Assembly: GCF_963921235.1 (NCBI RefSeq)
Contig: NC_086097.1
Coordinates: 230,952,001-231,016,000, forward strand
DNA: 64,000 nt
Source: Mobula hypostoma
Lineage: Eukaryota
Direction of reading: 5' to 3'
The stretch's first letter is position 1. Every line of letters starts with the position of its first letter. Below the pieces are notes generated by a model. That model searched no databases and was not told where the DNA came from. It was given only the letters and a program-made list of their open reading frames with translations. A program made the translations under genes and the position numbers. Positions 13,501 to 26,577 of this stretch are shown in pieces.

Positions 13501-14179
13501 ACAATAATTATTGCTTTTTTTTTGTAGTTTCACAGTTTGTTGTCTTCTGCATTCTGGTTGAACGCCCTAGGTGGGCGGCTTTTCACTGATGCTGTTATGC
13601 TTATTATTCTATAGATTTGTTGAGTTTACCCACAAGAAAATGAATCTCAGTGTTGTATATGGTGACATACATGCACTTTGATAATAAATTTACTTTGAAC
13701 ATTTTATCTTTGGATAAAGGTAGCTAACATACATTGAACTTTATTTTGAATAACATAGAATAATGACAGCCAGTTAATATCTGGCATATTAACAATGAGG
13801 TAACATCTTAACACGATGGGCTAAGAATCAATAGCAATTTTGTTTTAGAATTCATAAGAATAATGTTTTGCATGTTGGGTCAATTCTGTAGCAATGCGTC
13901 AGCAGCTTACTGTCAGGTTAAGACCTGCACGGCTTGCTAACTGCCAAAGGAGAGTGTAACCTTGTGTTCTGGTAATGATGCTTGCATTATCCGAACCTGC
14001 TCGTAGATTATATATATTGCTCAACTGCATGCATACCAGAACGTGCTGGTCTTTTTCAGCAACTACAGCCTTATGTGCAGTCTTGGTACTTCAGAAAGAT
14101 ATATATTAAATAAGGAACAATGAGGTTCCCATTTGAAAGCTAGTTTCAATGAAGAAATTACTCTGGTCAAAGAAGGTAA

Positions 14180-16715
14180 GACCTCGGAGCAGAATTGAGC
14201 CACTTAGCCCATCCAGTCTGCTCTGTCATTCTATCACAGCTTATTTATTACCTCTTTCAACCCCATTCTTGACTTCTCCCCTTAACGTAATAAGTCCTGA
14301 TTAATCAAGAAACTATCAGCCTCCATCTTCAATATGCCCAATGGCTTGCCCTACGCAGCTGCCTGTGGCATTGAATTCCACAGATTCACCACTGTCTAGC
14401 TAAAGAAATTCCTCCTCTTCTCTGTTTTAAATGGATGTTACTCCATTCTGAGGCTGTGCCCTCTGGCCCTAGACTCCCTCACTACAGCAAACATCTTTTC
14501 CACATCCACTCTATTATAAGACCATAAGATATAGGAGCAGAAGTAGGCCATTCGGTCCATCGAGTCTGCTCCGCCGTTCAATCATGGGCTGATCCAATTC
14601 CTCAAGTCATCCCCATTCCCCTGCTTTCACCCCATTCACTTTGATGCTCTGGCTAATCAAGAACCTATCTCTTTCTGCATGAAATACACCCAATGACTTG
14701 GCCTCCACAGCCGCCCGTTGCAACATATTCCACAGATTTACCACCCTCTGACTAAAGTAATTTCTCTGCATCTCAGTTCTAAAAGGACGTCCTTCAATCC
14801 TGAAGTTGTGCCCTCTTATCCTAGAATCCCCTACCATGGGAAATAACTTTGCCATATCTAATCTGTTCAGGCCTTTTAACATTCGGAATGTTTCTATGAG
14901 ATCCCCTCTCATTCTCCTGAACTCCAGGGAATACAGCCCAAGAGCTGCCAGATGTTCCTCATACGGTAACCCTCTCATTCCTGGAATAATTCTCGTGGTC
15001 TTCCCTGAACCCTCTCCAATGTCAGTATATCCTTTCTAAAATAAGGAGCTCAAAACTGCAGACAATATTCCAAGTGTGGTCTCACGAGTGCCTTATAGAA
15101 CCTCAACATAGGCCTTTCAATAATCAATAGATTTCGTTGAGATTCCCCCCTCATTCTTCTAAGCTCCAGTGAGTACTGGCCCAAACACTCAAACACTCCT
15201 GTGTTAACCCTTTCATTCCTGGGATCATTCATGAGAATTTCCTCTGGACCCTCTCCCATGCCAGCACATCTTTTCTAAGATAAGGGGCCCAAACTTGTTC
15301 ACGTATTCTGTGGTCTGATCAACATCTTATAAAGCCTCAGCATGACATCTTTGCTAGTCCTCTCAAAATTAACGCTAACACTGCATTTGCCTTCGTTACC
15401 ACCGACTCAACCTGCCAGTTAGCCTTTAGGGAATCCTGCACAAGGACTCCCAAGTCTCTTTGCACCTCTGATTTTTGAATTTTCTCCCCATTTAGAAAGT
15501 AGTCCACATTTTTATTCCTTCTGTCAAAGTGTATGACCATGCACATCCCCACATTATATTCCATCTGCTACCTCTTTGCCCATCCTCCCAATCCATCTGT
15601 GTTCTTCAGCAGACACATTGCTGCCTCAACACTACCTGCCCTTCTACCTTTGTACCATCTGCTATCTTAGCCACAGACGCAAAATAATTATTAAATCAAT
15701 CTACCATTTCTTTGTTCTCCATTACTACCTCTCTAGTATCATTTTCCAGTGGTCTGATATCCACTCTTGCCTTCCTTTTACTCTTTGTATACCTGAAAAA
15801 CTTTTTGTATCTTCTTTTATATTACTGGCTAGCTTACCTTCATATTTCATCCTTTCTCCCTTTATGACTTTCCTCCTTCTCCTATCAGATTTAATCTTCT
15901 CCAGCTCTTTATTCTTCCGAAACACCTGAATTTACCTTCCAGCTACCCTCCTTCCCTTCGCTCTACCTTTTTATTCTGTCCTGAAGAACGGTCTCAGCCA
16001 AAACATCAACTGTTTATTCACTTCTATAGATGCTGCCTGACCTGCTGAGTTCCTCCAGCATTTTGTGTGTGTTGTTCTGGCTTTTTAATTGTCTGCTGGT
16101 TTTTAAAAGCTTCCGAATCCTCTACTTTCTTACTAATTTTTGCGCTATTATACGCCCTCTCTTTGGCTTTTACAGAAGAATAAAGTCCAGTCAACTAAAC
16201 TGAACATAAAAATTAGGAGCAGGAGTCGGCCATCTGGCCTGTCGAGCCTGCTCTGCCATTCAATAAGATCGTGGCTGATCTGGCCAAGGACTCATCTTCA
16301 CCTACCTGCCTTTTCCCCATAACCCTTAATTCCCCTACTGTGCAAAAATCTATCCAACCTTGTCTTAAATATATATACCAAGGTAGCCTCCACTGCTTCA
16401 TTGGGCAGAGAATTCCACACTCACCACTCTTTGGGAAAAGCACTTTCTTGTCACCTCCGTCCTAAATTTACTCCCCCAGGTCTAGAGGCTATGTTCCCTA
16501 CTTCTAGTCTCACCTACCAGTGGAAACAACTTTCCTGCCTCTGTCTTATCTATCCCTTTCATAATTTTATATGTTTCTAAAAGATCTCCTCTCATCCTTC
16601 TGAATTCAAGTGAGTACAGTCCCAGAGGACTCGATCTCTCCTCATAGTCTAACCCCCTCATCTCTGGAATCAACCTGGTGAACCTCCTCTGCACTGCCTC
16701 CAAAGCCAGTATGAA
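14180..16715 (-). mobile_element. Cluster of decayed CR1 fragments: a younger 3' piece (~14516-15108) inside an older one, a Penelope tail (~15870-16085, +) and another CR1 3' end (16205-16715)
   Basis: Repeated LGLYSLEFRRMRGDLIE, FSQRVV and RPHLEYC motifs; ataagacc tail at 14516. Confidence 0.85.
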
Positions 16716-16837
16716 CCACGACACTACTTAAAATAAATGATTTTGTCACATTAAATTATAAGACAAGACCATAAGACCATAAGACAAAGGAGCAGAAGTC
16801 GGCCATTCGGCCCATCGAGTCTGCTCCGCCATTTTAT

Positions 16838-17455
16838 CATAGAAACATAGAAAATAGGTGCAGGAGTAGGCTATTCGGCCCTTCGAGCCTGCACCGCCAT
16901 TTATTATGATCATGGCTGATCATCCAACTCAGAACCCTGCCCCAGCCTTCCCTCCATACCCCCTGACCCCCGTAGCCACAAGGGCCATATCTAACTCCCT
17001 CTTAAATATAGCCAATGAACTGGCCTCAACTATTTCCTGTAGCAGAGAATTCCACAGATTCACCACTCTCTGTGTGAAGAAGTTTTTCCTAATCTCGGTC
17101 CTAAAAGGCTTCCCCTCTATCCTCAAACTGTGGCCCCTCGTTCTGGACTTCCCCAACATCGGGAACAATGTTCCTGCATCTAGCCTGTCCAATCCCTTTA
17201 GGATTTTATACGTTTCAATCAGATTCCCCCTCAATCTTCTAAATTCCAACGAGTACAAGCCCAGTTCATCCAGTCTTTCTTTATATGAAAGTCCTGCCAT
17301 CCCAGGAATCAATCTGGTGAACCTTCTTTGTACTCCCTCTATGGCAAGGATGTCTTTCCTCAGATTAGAGGACCAAAACTGCACACAATACTCCAGGTGT
17401 GGTCTCACCAAGGCCTTGTACAACTGCAGTAGTACCTCCCTGCTCCTGTACTCGA
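16838..17455 (-). mobile_element. Young CR1 3' fragment inserted into the 3' UTR of the longer CR1
   Basis: Uninterrupted 164-aa ORF 16929-17423; (catagaaa)n tail; host reads ttttatcat|gagttgatc across the insertion. Confidence 0.9.
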
Positions 17456-19305
17456 GTTGATCAATTCTCCCATTTAGTCACACTCCCCCGCCTTCTCACC
17501 ATAACCTTTGATGCACTGGCTACTCAGATACCTATCAATCTCTGCCTTAAATACACCCAATGACTTGGCCTCCACTGCTGCCCGTGGCAACAAATTCCAT
17601 AGATTCACCAGCCTCTGACTAAAAAAATTTCTTCGCATTTCTATTCTGAATGGGCACCCTTCAATCCTTAAATCATGCCCTCTCGTACTAGACTCCCCCA
17701 CCATGGGAAACAACTTTGCCACATCCACTCTGTCCATGCCTTTCGACATTCGAAATGTTTCAATGAGCTCTCCCCTCATTCTTCTAAACTTCAAGGTATA
17801 CAGTCCAAGAGCGGACAAACGTTCTTCATATGTTAACCCTCTCATTCCTGGAATCATTCTAGTGGATCTTCTCTGTACCCTCTCCAACATCAGCACATCC
17901 TTTCTTAAATAAGGAGACCAAAACTGCCCACAGTACTCCAAGTAAGGTCTCACCAGCGCCTTATAGAGCCTCAACATCACATCCCTGCTCCTATACTATA
18001 TTCCTCTAGAAATGAATGCCAACTTTGCATTCGCCTTCTTCACCACTGACTCAACCTGGAGGTTAACCTTAAGGGTATCCTGTACGAGGACTCCCAAGTC
18101 CCGTTGCATCTCAGAACTTTGAATTCTCTCCCCATTTGAATAATAGTCTGCCCGTTTATTTCTTCTGCCAAAGTGCATAACCATACACTTTCCAACATTG
18201 TATTTTATTTGCCACTTCTTTGCCCATTTTTCCAATCTATCCAAGTCTCTCTGCAGACTCTCCGTTTCCTCAGCACTATCGGCCCCTCCACCGCTCTTCG
18301 TATCGTCATCAAACTTAGCCACAAAGCCAATAAGCCAAATTCCATAATCTAAATCGTTGATGTGCAATGTAAAAAGAAGCGGCCCCAACACGGACCCCCG
18401 TGGAACACCACTGGTAACCAGCAGCCAACCAGAATAGGATCCCTTTATTCCCACTCTCTGTTTCCTGCCAATCAGCCAACACCCTATCCACGTATGTAAC
18501 TTTCCCGTAATTCCATGGGCTCTTACCTTGTTAAGTAGCCTCATGTGTGGCACCTTGTCAAAGGCCTTCTGAAAATCCAAATATACAACATCCACTGCAT
18601 CTCCCTTGTCTAGCCTACTTGTAATTTCCTCAAAAAATTGTAATAGGTTTGTCAGGCAGGATTTTCCTTTAAGGAATCCATGCTGAGTTCTGCCTATCTT
18701 GTCATATGCCTCCAGGTACTCTGTAACCTCATCCTTGACAATCGACTCCAACAACTTCCCAACCACTGATGTCAAGCTAACAGGTCTATAATTTCCTTTT
18801 TGCTTCCTTGCCCCCTTCTTAAATAGCGGAGTGACATTTGCAATCTTCCAGTCCTTCGGAACCATGCCAGAATCTATCGACTTTTGAAAGATCGTCGCTA
18901 ATGCCTCCGCAATCTCCACAGCTACTTCCTTCAGAACAAGAGGGTGCATTCCATCTGGTCTGGGAGATTTATCTACCTTTAGACTATTCAGCTTCCTGAG
19001 TACTTTCTCTGTCGTAATTGTGACTGCGCACACTTCTCTTCCCTGCCACCCTTGTGTGTCCAGTATACTGCTGATGTTTTCCTCTGTGAAGACTGATGCA
19101 AAATACTCATTCAGTTCCTCCGCCATCTCCTTATCTCCCATTACGATTTCTCCAGCATCAGTTTCTATCGGTCCTATATCTACTCTCACCTGCCTTTTAC
19201 TCTTTATATACTTGAAAAAGCTTTTAGTATCCTCTTTGATATTATTTGCTAGCTTCCTTTCATAGTTAATCTTTTCCCTCTTAATGACCTTCTTAGTTTC
19301 CTTTT

Positions 19306-19457
19306 AACACACATAAAAGTTGCTAGTCCTGACGAAGGGTCTCGGCCTGAAACTTCGATTGCACCTCTTCCTAGAGATGCTGCCTGGCCTGCTGCGTTCA
19401 CCAGCAACTTTTATGTGTGTTGCTTGAATTTCCAGCATCTGCAGAATTCCTGTTGTT
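19306..19457 (+). mobile_element. Penelope-tail mini-insertion inside CR1, 13 bp TSD, 19 nt inverted 5' segment
   Basis: TSD ttagtttcctttt at 19293-19305 and 19458-19470; aacacacataaaagttgct is the reverse complement of an internal segment. Confidence 0.92.
19325..19360 (+). ncRNA. Minimal type I hammerhead ribozyme motif, core nucleotides retained
   Basis: agtc-CTGACGA-a-gggt ctcg gcct-GAAA-ct-TC-gatt; stem I agtc/gatt; loop 3 has lost the ACGU palindrome seen in sister copies. Confidence 0.75.
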
Positions 19458-21262
19458 TTAGTTTCCTTTTGTAAGCTTTTAAAAACTTCCTAATCCTCTG
19501 TCTTCCCACTAATTTTTGCTTCCTTGTATGCCCTCTCCTTTGCTTTAACTTTGGCTTTGACTTCTCTTGTCAACCACGGTTGCATCCTTTTTCCATTCGA
19601 AAATTTCTCCTTTTTTGGAATATACCTGTCTTGCACCTTTCTCACTTCTCGCATAAACTCCAGCCACTGCTGCTCTGCCGTCTTTCCCGCCAGTGTCCCT
19701 TTCCAGTCAACTTTGGCCATTTCCTCTCTCATGCCACTATAATTTCCTTTACTCCACTGAAACACCGACACATCAGATTTCGGCTTCTCTTTTTCAAATT
19801 TCACAGTGAACTCAATCATGTTATGATCACTGCCTCCTAAGGGTTCCTTCACCTCGATCTCTCTAATCACCTCCGGTTCATTACACAATACCCATTCCAG
19901 TACAGCTGATCCCCTAGTGGGCTCAACAACAAGCTGTTCCAAAAAGCCATCTCGCAGACATTCTACAAATTTTCTCTCTTGAGATCCAGTGCCGACCTGA
20001 TTTTCCCAATCCACTCGCATGTTAAAATCCCCCACAATTATCATAACACTGCCCTTCCGACAAGCCTTTTCTATTTCCTGTTTTAATTTGTAGTTCACAT
20101 CACTGCAGCTGTTTGAAGGCCTGTATATAACTGCCATCAGGGTCCTTTTACCCCTGCGATTTCTTAGCTCAACCCATAAAGATTCTGCACCTTCTGATCC
20201 TATATCACCTCTTTCTAATGATTTAATATCATTTCTTACCAATAAAGCCATGCCTCCCCGTCTGCCTACCTTCCTATCCTTCTGATACACCATGTATCCT
20301 TGGACGTTCAGCTCCCAGAGACAAGCATCCTTTAGCCACGTCTCATTATAATTCATTATAACTGAATTGAATTGAATTGACTTTATTTCTTACATCCCTC
20401 ACATACATGAGGAGTAAAAATCTTATATGTTATGTCTTCATCTAAATGTGCAACATGCAATTATAGCAACTCATAATAAATAGACCAGTCAATGTAACAT
20501 AGAATACGCTCAGATGAGTGTGAGTTAATCAGTCTGAGGGCTGGTGGAACAAGCTGTCCTGGGGTCAGTTTGTCCTGGCTTTAATGCTGCAGTACTGTTC
20601 CCAGATGGTAGCAGCTGGAACAGTTTGTGGTTGGGGTGACTCGGGGCCCCAATGATTCTTCGGGCCCTTTTTACGCACCTGTCTTGGTAAATGTCCTGAA
20701 TCATGGGAAGTTCACAACTACAGATGCGCTGGGCTGTCCACACCACTCTCTGCAGAGTCCTGCGATGAAGGGAGGTACAGTTCCTATACCAGGCAGTGAT
20801 GCCGCCAGTCAGGATGCTCTCAATTGTGCCCCTGTAGCAAGTCCTTACGATATGGGGACTCGTGCCGAACTGCTTCAACCACTGGAGGTGAAAGAGGCTC
20901 TGTTGTGCTTTTTCCCACCACACAGCCAGTACGCACAGACCACGTTCGATTCTCGGTGATGTTTCTGCCGAGGAACTTAAAACTGTTCACCCTCTCAACA
21001 GCAGATCCATTGATGTCAATAGGGGTTAGCTTCTATCGGTTATTGATGTCAGAAGATGTGTAAAGATGGTGTGTAGAGCTGTGACTACTGCGTTGTCTGT
21101 TGATCGGATGTGTCAGTAGGCGAATCGTAGGGGTCCGGTGTGGGTGGTAGCATGCTGCAGATGTAGTCCTTGGCCAACCTCTCAAAGCATTTGCTTATTA
21201 TTGAGGTGAGTGCGACAGGATGCCAGTCATTTAGACATGTTACCTTGGTCTTTTTAGGTACA

Positions 21263-24200
21263 TAAGAACATAAGAAATAGAAGCAGGATAGGCATCTGCC
21301 CATCAAGCCTGCCCCGCCATTCAACAAGATCATGGCTGATCTGTCTGTAAACTCAGCTCCATTTTCCTACCTTTTCCCCATAACCCTTAATTCCCTCACT
21401 ATGTAAAAATCTATCTAACTGTATCTTAAATATATTTAGTGAAGAAGCCTCAACTGCTTCCCTGGGCAGAGAATTCCACAAGTCACCACTCTCTGGGAAA
21501 AACAGTTTCTCCTCATCGACGTCCTAAATCTTCTCCCCTGAGTCTTGAGGCAATGTCCCCTAGTTCTAATCTCACCTACCAATGGAAACAACTTCCTTAT
21601 TTCTATCTTATCTATCCCTTTCAAAATTTTGTATGTTCTATAAGATGGCCTCTCATTCTTCTGAATTCCTGAGAGTATAGTCCCAGGCGACTCAATCTCT
21701 CCTCATAAGTTAACCCCTTCATCCCTGGAATCAACGGTGAACCTCCTCTGCACTGCCTCCAAAGCCAGTATATCCTCCCTCAAGCATGGAGACCAGAACT
21801 GCACACAGTACTCCAGGTGCAGTCTCACCAGTACCCTGTATAGTTGCAGCATGACCTCCCTGCTCTTGAATTCAATCCCTCTAGCAATGAAGGCCAACAT
21901 TCCGTTTGCCTTCTTAATAACCTGTTGTACCTGCAAGCCAACTTTTTGCCATTCACGCTCAAGCACTCCCAAGTCCCTCTGCACAACAGCATGCTGCAAT
22001 CTTTCACTATTGAGATAATAATCTGCTCTTCTATTATTCCTTCCAACTCTCTGCCTTCTATTGGTTAACTAATCCACTGCCCATGCCAATACACTTCCTC
22101 TGACTCCATGCATCTGTATCTTATTTATAAGTCTCTTGTGCGGCACCTTATCGAATGCCCCCTGAAAATCCAAGTATACGACATCCACCTGTTCCCCCCT
22201 ATCCACTGCACTCATTATGTCCTCAAAGAATTCCAGTAAATTTGTCAAGCAGGACCTGTCCTTTCTGAATCCATTCTGCATCTGTCTAATGGAACCTTTC
22301 CTTTCTAAATGTTTTGCTATTTCTTCCTTAATGACAGCTTCAAGCATTTTCCTGACTACAGATGTTAAGCTAACTGGCCTATAGTTGCCCGTATTTTGCC
22401 TACATCCTTTTTTTGAAAAGTGACGTGACATTTGCTGTCTTCCAATCTGCCAGGACCTGCCCAGAGTCTAGAGAATTTTGGTAAATGATTACCAACGCCT
22501 CTAGTATAACCCCTACCCATTCCCTCAGCACCCTGGGATGCATCCCATCAGGACCAGGGGACTTATTTACCTTCAGGCCCTCTAGTTTGCTCATCACTAC
22601 CTCTTTAGTGACAGTGATTTTATCGAGGTCCTCACCTCCCATTTCGTCCATAACATCATTCCTTGGCATATTAGATGTGTCCTCCATTGTGAAGACCAAC
22701 ACAAAATAGTCGTTCAATGCCTCAGCCATTTCCTTATCACCCAATATCAATTTCCCCGTATCATCTTCCAAGGGACCTACACTGATTTTAGCCACCCTCT
22801 TCCGCTTTATACAGTGTATTTATAAAAACTTTTGCTGTTTTTATATTTTGTGCTAATTTACTTTCATACTCTATCTTCCCTTTCCTTATTTCTTGTTTAG
22901 TTGTTCTTTGTTGCTTTTTAAAGTTTTCCCAATTCTCCAGTCTCCCACTACTCTTTGCAACTTTGTACATGAGTTTTTAATTTGATACTATCTTTTACTT
23001 CCTTAGTTATCCAAGACTAAGTAGGTAAGATAAATGCTGAAGGAGAACGATTTGAAATTAAAATAAATGCTGCAAAGACAAAGATGATGGTAGTGTCACG
23101 GAAGAAAGAAGTCCCCAAAATCGGTATCAAAATTCACGGTGTAGGCATAGAGCAAGTCAAGAAGTTTGTGTACTTGGGACAGAGGATGGGAAATGTGATA
23201 CAGAAATTAGACGAAGAATTGAAATTGCAAGATCAACGTTCTGGAGCCTGAGTGACGTGCTGTGTGGCAAGAGGTTAGGCTTTGGGCTGCGTTGTAGAAT
23301 TTGGAAATGCTACGTCTGGAGCAGTCTGTTGTATGGAGTCGAATCGTGGACCTTATGCAAGGAAGTGCAACGACGACTGGAGGCATTTGAGATGTGGTGT
23401 TTAAGGAGAATGCAGAAAATTAGATGGGTGATGAAGGTCAGTAATATGGACGTGTTGAAGAGAGCGAGGAGAGAAAAGGAGTTACTGAAGAATGTGCAGA
23501 AAAGGAAGCTGGAATATGTCCGGCACTTGTTAAGAGGTGGTGGACTGCAGAAATTGACATTGGAAGGGATGATAGATGGAAAGAGGGAAAGAGGAAGGCA
23601 GCGAACCACTTGGTACGATAATGTGAGGCAATGGACTGGGTTGAGTTATGCTGAGGCCAGAAAAAGAGCGCAAGATCGAAGAAGATGGAGGTGCATAGCC
23701 GCCAACCCTGGATTCGGGACGGCACCCACCCACTGACTGACTGACTATCCAAAGCTGGCTCTCCCTACACTTACTGTCCTTACTTTTGACAGGAATATAC
23801 TTTTGTTGAACACTGTGAAAAATCTTTTTGAAAGTATTCCACTGTTCCTCAATTGTCCTACCAAATAGCCTGTGCTCCCAATCCACATTAGCCAACTCCT
23901 CCCTCATCCTGTTGTAATCTCCCTTGTTCAAGCATAATACACTAGTTTTAGATTTAACTATTTCACGCTCCATCTGTATGCGAAATTCAGTCATACTATG
24001 ATCACTCTTTCCAAGAGAATCCCTGACTACAAGATCGTTAATCTTACCTGTCTCATTACACAGGACTAGATCTAAGATAGCATTTTCCCTTATAGTTTCA
24101 CTAACATGCTGCTCAAGAAAGCCATCATGGATGCATTCTATGAAGTCCTCCTCAAGACTTCCTTGACCAACCTGATTCACCCAATCTATGTGGAAGTTAA

Positions 24201-24765
24201 AATCCCCCATGACAACTACCATTCCATTCTTACAAGCCTCAGTTATTTCTTGGTTAATCACCTCTGCCACTGCAATATTTTTATTAGGTGGCCTAGAGAC
24301 AACTCCACCAGTGATTTTTTCCCTTTACTATTCTTAATCTCTACCCAGATGGACTCAACATTCTGCTCCGTAGATCTTATATCGTCTCTCACAGTCACCT
24401 TGATCTCATCCTTAATTAAGAGCGCCACCCCACCTCCTCTGCCTACCTTTCCGTATTACCTGATACCCCTGGATATTTAATTCCCAGTCATCTCCACCTT
24501 GCAACCAGGTTTCTGTAATGGCCACTAAATCATATGTCTTGGTACTGATCTGTGTCACAAGTTCACTAACCTTGTTTCTAATACTACGGGCATTTAGATA
24601 AAGTGCCCTTACACTCATTGTCCTTTTAGAATCTAGTGACCGATTGAGATTTTTGTTTTTTACTTTTATACACTCTACTCTTACTTTTTTCTTCACTAAC
24701 TCTAGCTTTGGTCTCTGCATCACGTCCCTCTTCTTTTCTGTGTGGGTTCCCATCTCCCTGCCATA
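21263..24765 (-). mobile_element. CR1 LINE (endonuclease to 3' tail, internally deleted) inside Rex1, 9 bp TSD
   Basis: TSD ttaggtaca at 21254-21262 and 24766-24774; LYLNARSIRNK, AITETWL, MGDFN, KSDH, YLDFQGAFD. Confidence 0.92.
23015..23745 (+). mobile_element. RTE-clade LINE 3' fragment inside CR1, (ctga)n tail, 7 bp TSD
   Basis: KINAAKTKMM, FVYLG, LLYGVESWTL, LEAFEMWCLRRM, GKRERGR; TSD tatccaa at 23008-23014 and 23746-23752. Confidence 0.9.
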
Positions 24766-25705
24766 TTAGGTACAGGAACAAAGGTGGATGTTTTGAAGCC
24801 GGAGGGCCCTCTGCACTGGGAGAGGGAGAGATTAAATATGTCTGTAAACACAACTGCCAGTTGTGCCGTGCACTCTCTGAGTACCCGCCCGGGATGCCAT
24901 CTGGCCCTGCAGCCTTGTGACCGTCCACTCGTTGGAGGCACCTGCGTACTTCAGACTCGGAGATGGCCAAGGTGCAGGTTGCTTTGGCAGCCCTTCTCAG
25001 GGTCTCAGTGTTGGTGACATCGAACCGAGCATAAAAGAAGACTTAGCTCATCTGGAAGAGAGGCAGTGATGTTGGAAACTCCACCGCGTTTAGCTTTGAA
25101 GTCTGCGATGGTGTGCAGACCTTGCCATAAGCTGTGTGTGTTGTTGGTGGAGAGTTGTGTCTGGATCTTGTCCCTGTATTGTCGTTTCACAGCCTTGATG
25201 ACTTTGCGTAGATCGTCGCTGCATTTCTTGAGCTCCTCTTGGTTACCGGCAGCAAAAGCTCAATCTCGCACGGTAAGTGCAGCATGAACAGAACTGTTGA
25301 TTGAAGGTTTCTGGTTTGGATTGACCCTGACTGATTTTTGGGAGACAACGTTCTCAATGCCCTTCCAGATACAGCTCGTGACCCCTTCTGTGAACTCGGA
25401 GACATCCTCATCATGAAAGACATTCCAGCTGACGTCATCAAAGCAGTCCTGTAGCATGGAGACCGATTGGTCGGACCAACAGTGGACGGTTTTAATATTG
25501 TTCTGCCTGTACACGGGCAGAAGAAAGATGGAGGAATGATCCCACATCCCAAATAGCCGACAGAGAAGCACTTTGTAGGCGTCGCGGAAGAGAGAGTAGC
25601 AGTGGTCGAGTATGCTATCTCCCCCGTGCTCACCTGGATGTGTTGACAGAACTTTGGAGAGACTTTAGACAGCAATGCCCTATTATAGTTTCCAGCAACG
25701 ATGGA

Positions 25706-25968
25706 CTGAAAACTGCTGATAATTTGACGGGAACATCTTTTAAGAGAACACTTAGACCAGTGAAAATAGGCCAGAAACGTTCATGTGACTGATGCTAATT
25801 AGAAACTATTCGGGAACAGTCCCACGTCCCAATTAAGCAGCATAGTGTGTCAAATAAACATAGGGAATCCTGGCCATTTCCTCCATTAGTATTTTGATTC
25901 TTTAAGAGTTGACCCAAATAAACAGCTGCTCTGATTAACCAATGGCCCAATTAACTGGAATCCACTGT
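25706..25968. mobile_element. TA-target (Tc1/mariner superfamily) MITE end
   Basis: Terminus ggcccaattaactggaatccactg followed by TA, also seen at ~29125-29148. Confidence 0.6.
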
Positions 25969-26469
25969 ATATAAAATAGAACTGGATAATGCAGCCATCA
26001 ATGGAAGAGAAAAGCTAAAATGCATTTTTCAAAATAAACCTATAAAAGGTAAAGATTAGCTGCTCTAAATTTTTACAAAAGCGTATTTCTGTAGTAAGTG
26101 TGGAGTGATGAAGTGTACAGGATGGAAGCAGCTCCTATATTTTTGTGGAGATTAAACCAACAAGGAATTATCATTTCTACACAAATATGCATGCTCTCCT
26201 ATATTAGAAACAAAAGTGACTTTGGTTTACAGAGATATTTCCTGAGATTCAATGTAAATTAATTCAGAAAGATATTTTATTTCCCATATGAGCTTGGGTC
26301 ATTCATCAATATGTCTTCTTGACATTTATCAGGTAGTTCCACATGTTCTAAACACCCTTAATTATACAAACGTTTGTAAATGGAATTAGACTGTATAACA
26401 TTGTGATTTTCATTCTTTTAAACTTCTGATTATTTTAAAGTTGCTGGAAAAACAAGCTAATAAATATGC

Positions 26470-26570
26470 CAGAAAACACACAAAATACTGGAGGAACTCA
26501 GCAGTACAGGCAGCACCTATGGAGAGAAATAAAGAGCTGACATTTTGGGATGAGACCCTTTGTCAGGAGA
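26470..26570 (-). mobile_element. Degenerate Penelope tail
   Basis: cacacaaaatactggaggaactcagcag...gagaccctttgtcagga. Confidence 0.75.
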
Positions 26571-26577
26571 AAAATAA

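Larger units (their letters stand above)
16757..20352 (-). mobile_element. Long CR1 LINE: APE endonuclease plus RT of ORF2, 5'-truncated, with nested insertions
   Basis: ORF 19490-20356 (ETWL, IVGDFN, LGGSDH); ORF 17996-19189 (NYRPVSLTS, YLDFQKAFD); ORF 17474-17980; (ataagacc)n tail at 16757. Confidence 0.95.
20363..25705 (-). mobile_element. Rex1/Babar-type LINE with internal deletions, split by a CR1 insertion (pieces 20363-21262 and 24766-25705)
   Basis: Frame [28 protein letters not shown] continues across the insertion; AAGPDGIPG; (ttgaa)n tail at 20363. Confidence 0.88.

Noticed and set aside
17996..19189. 397-aa RT ORF as a possible domesticated or active gene
   Set aside because: Conserved motifs are altered (PRG for PQG, FDDD for FADD), it is bounded by stops and an insertion, and a sister copy is present; ordinary CR1
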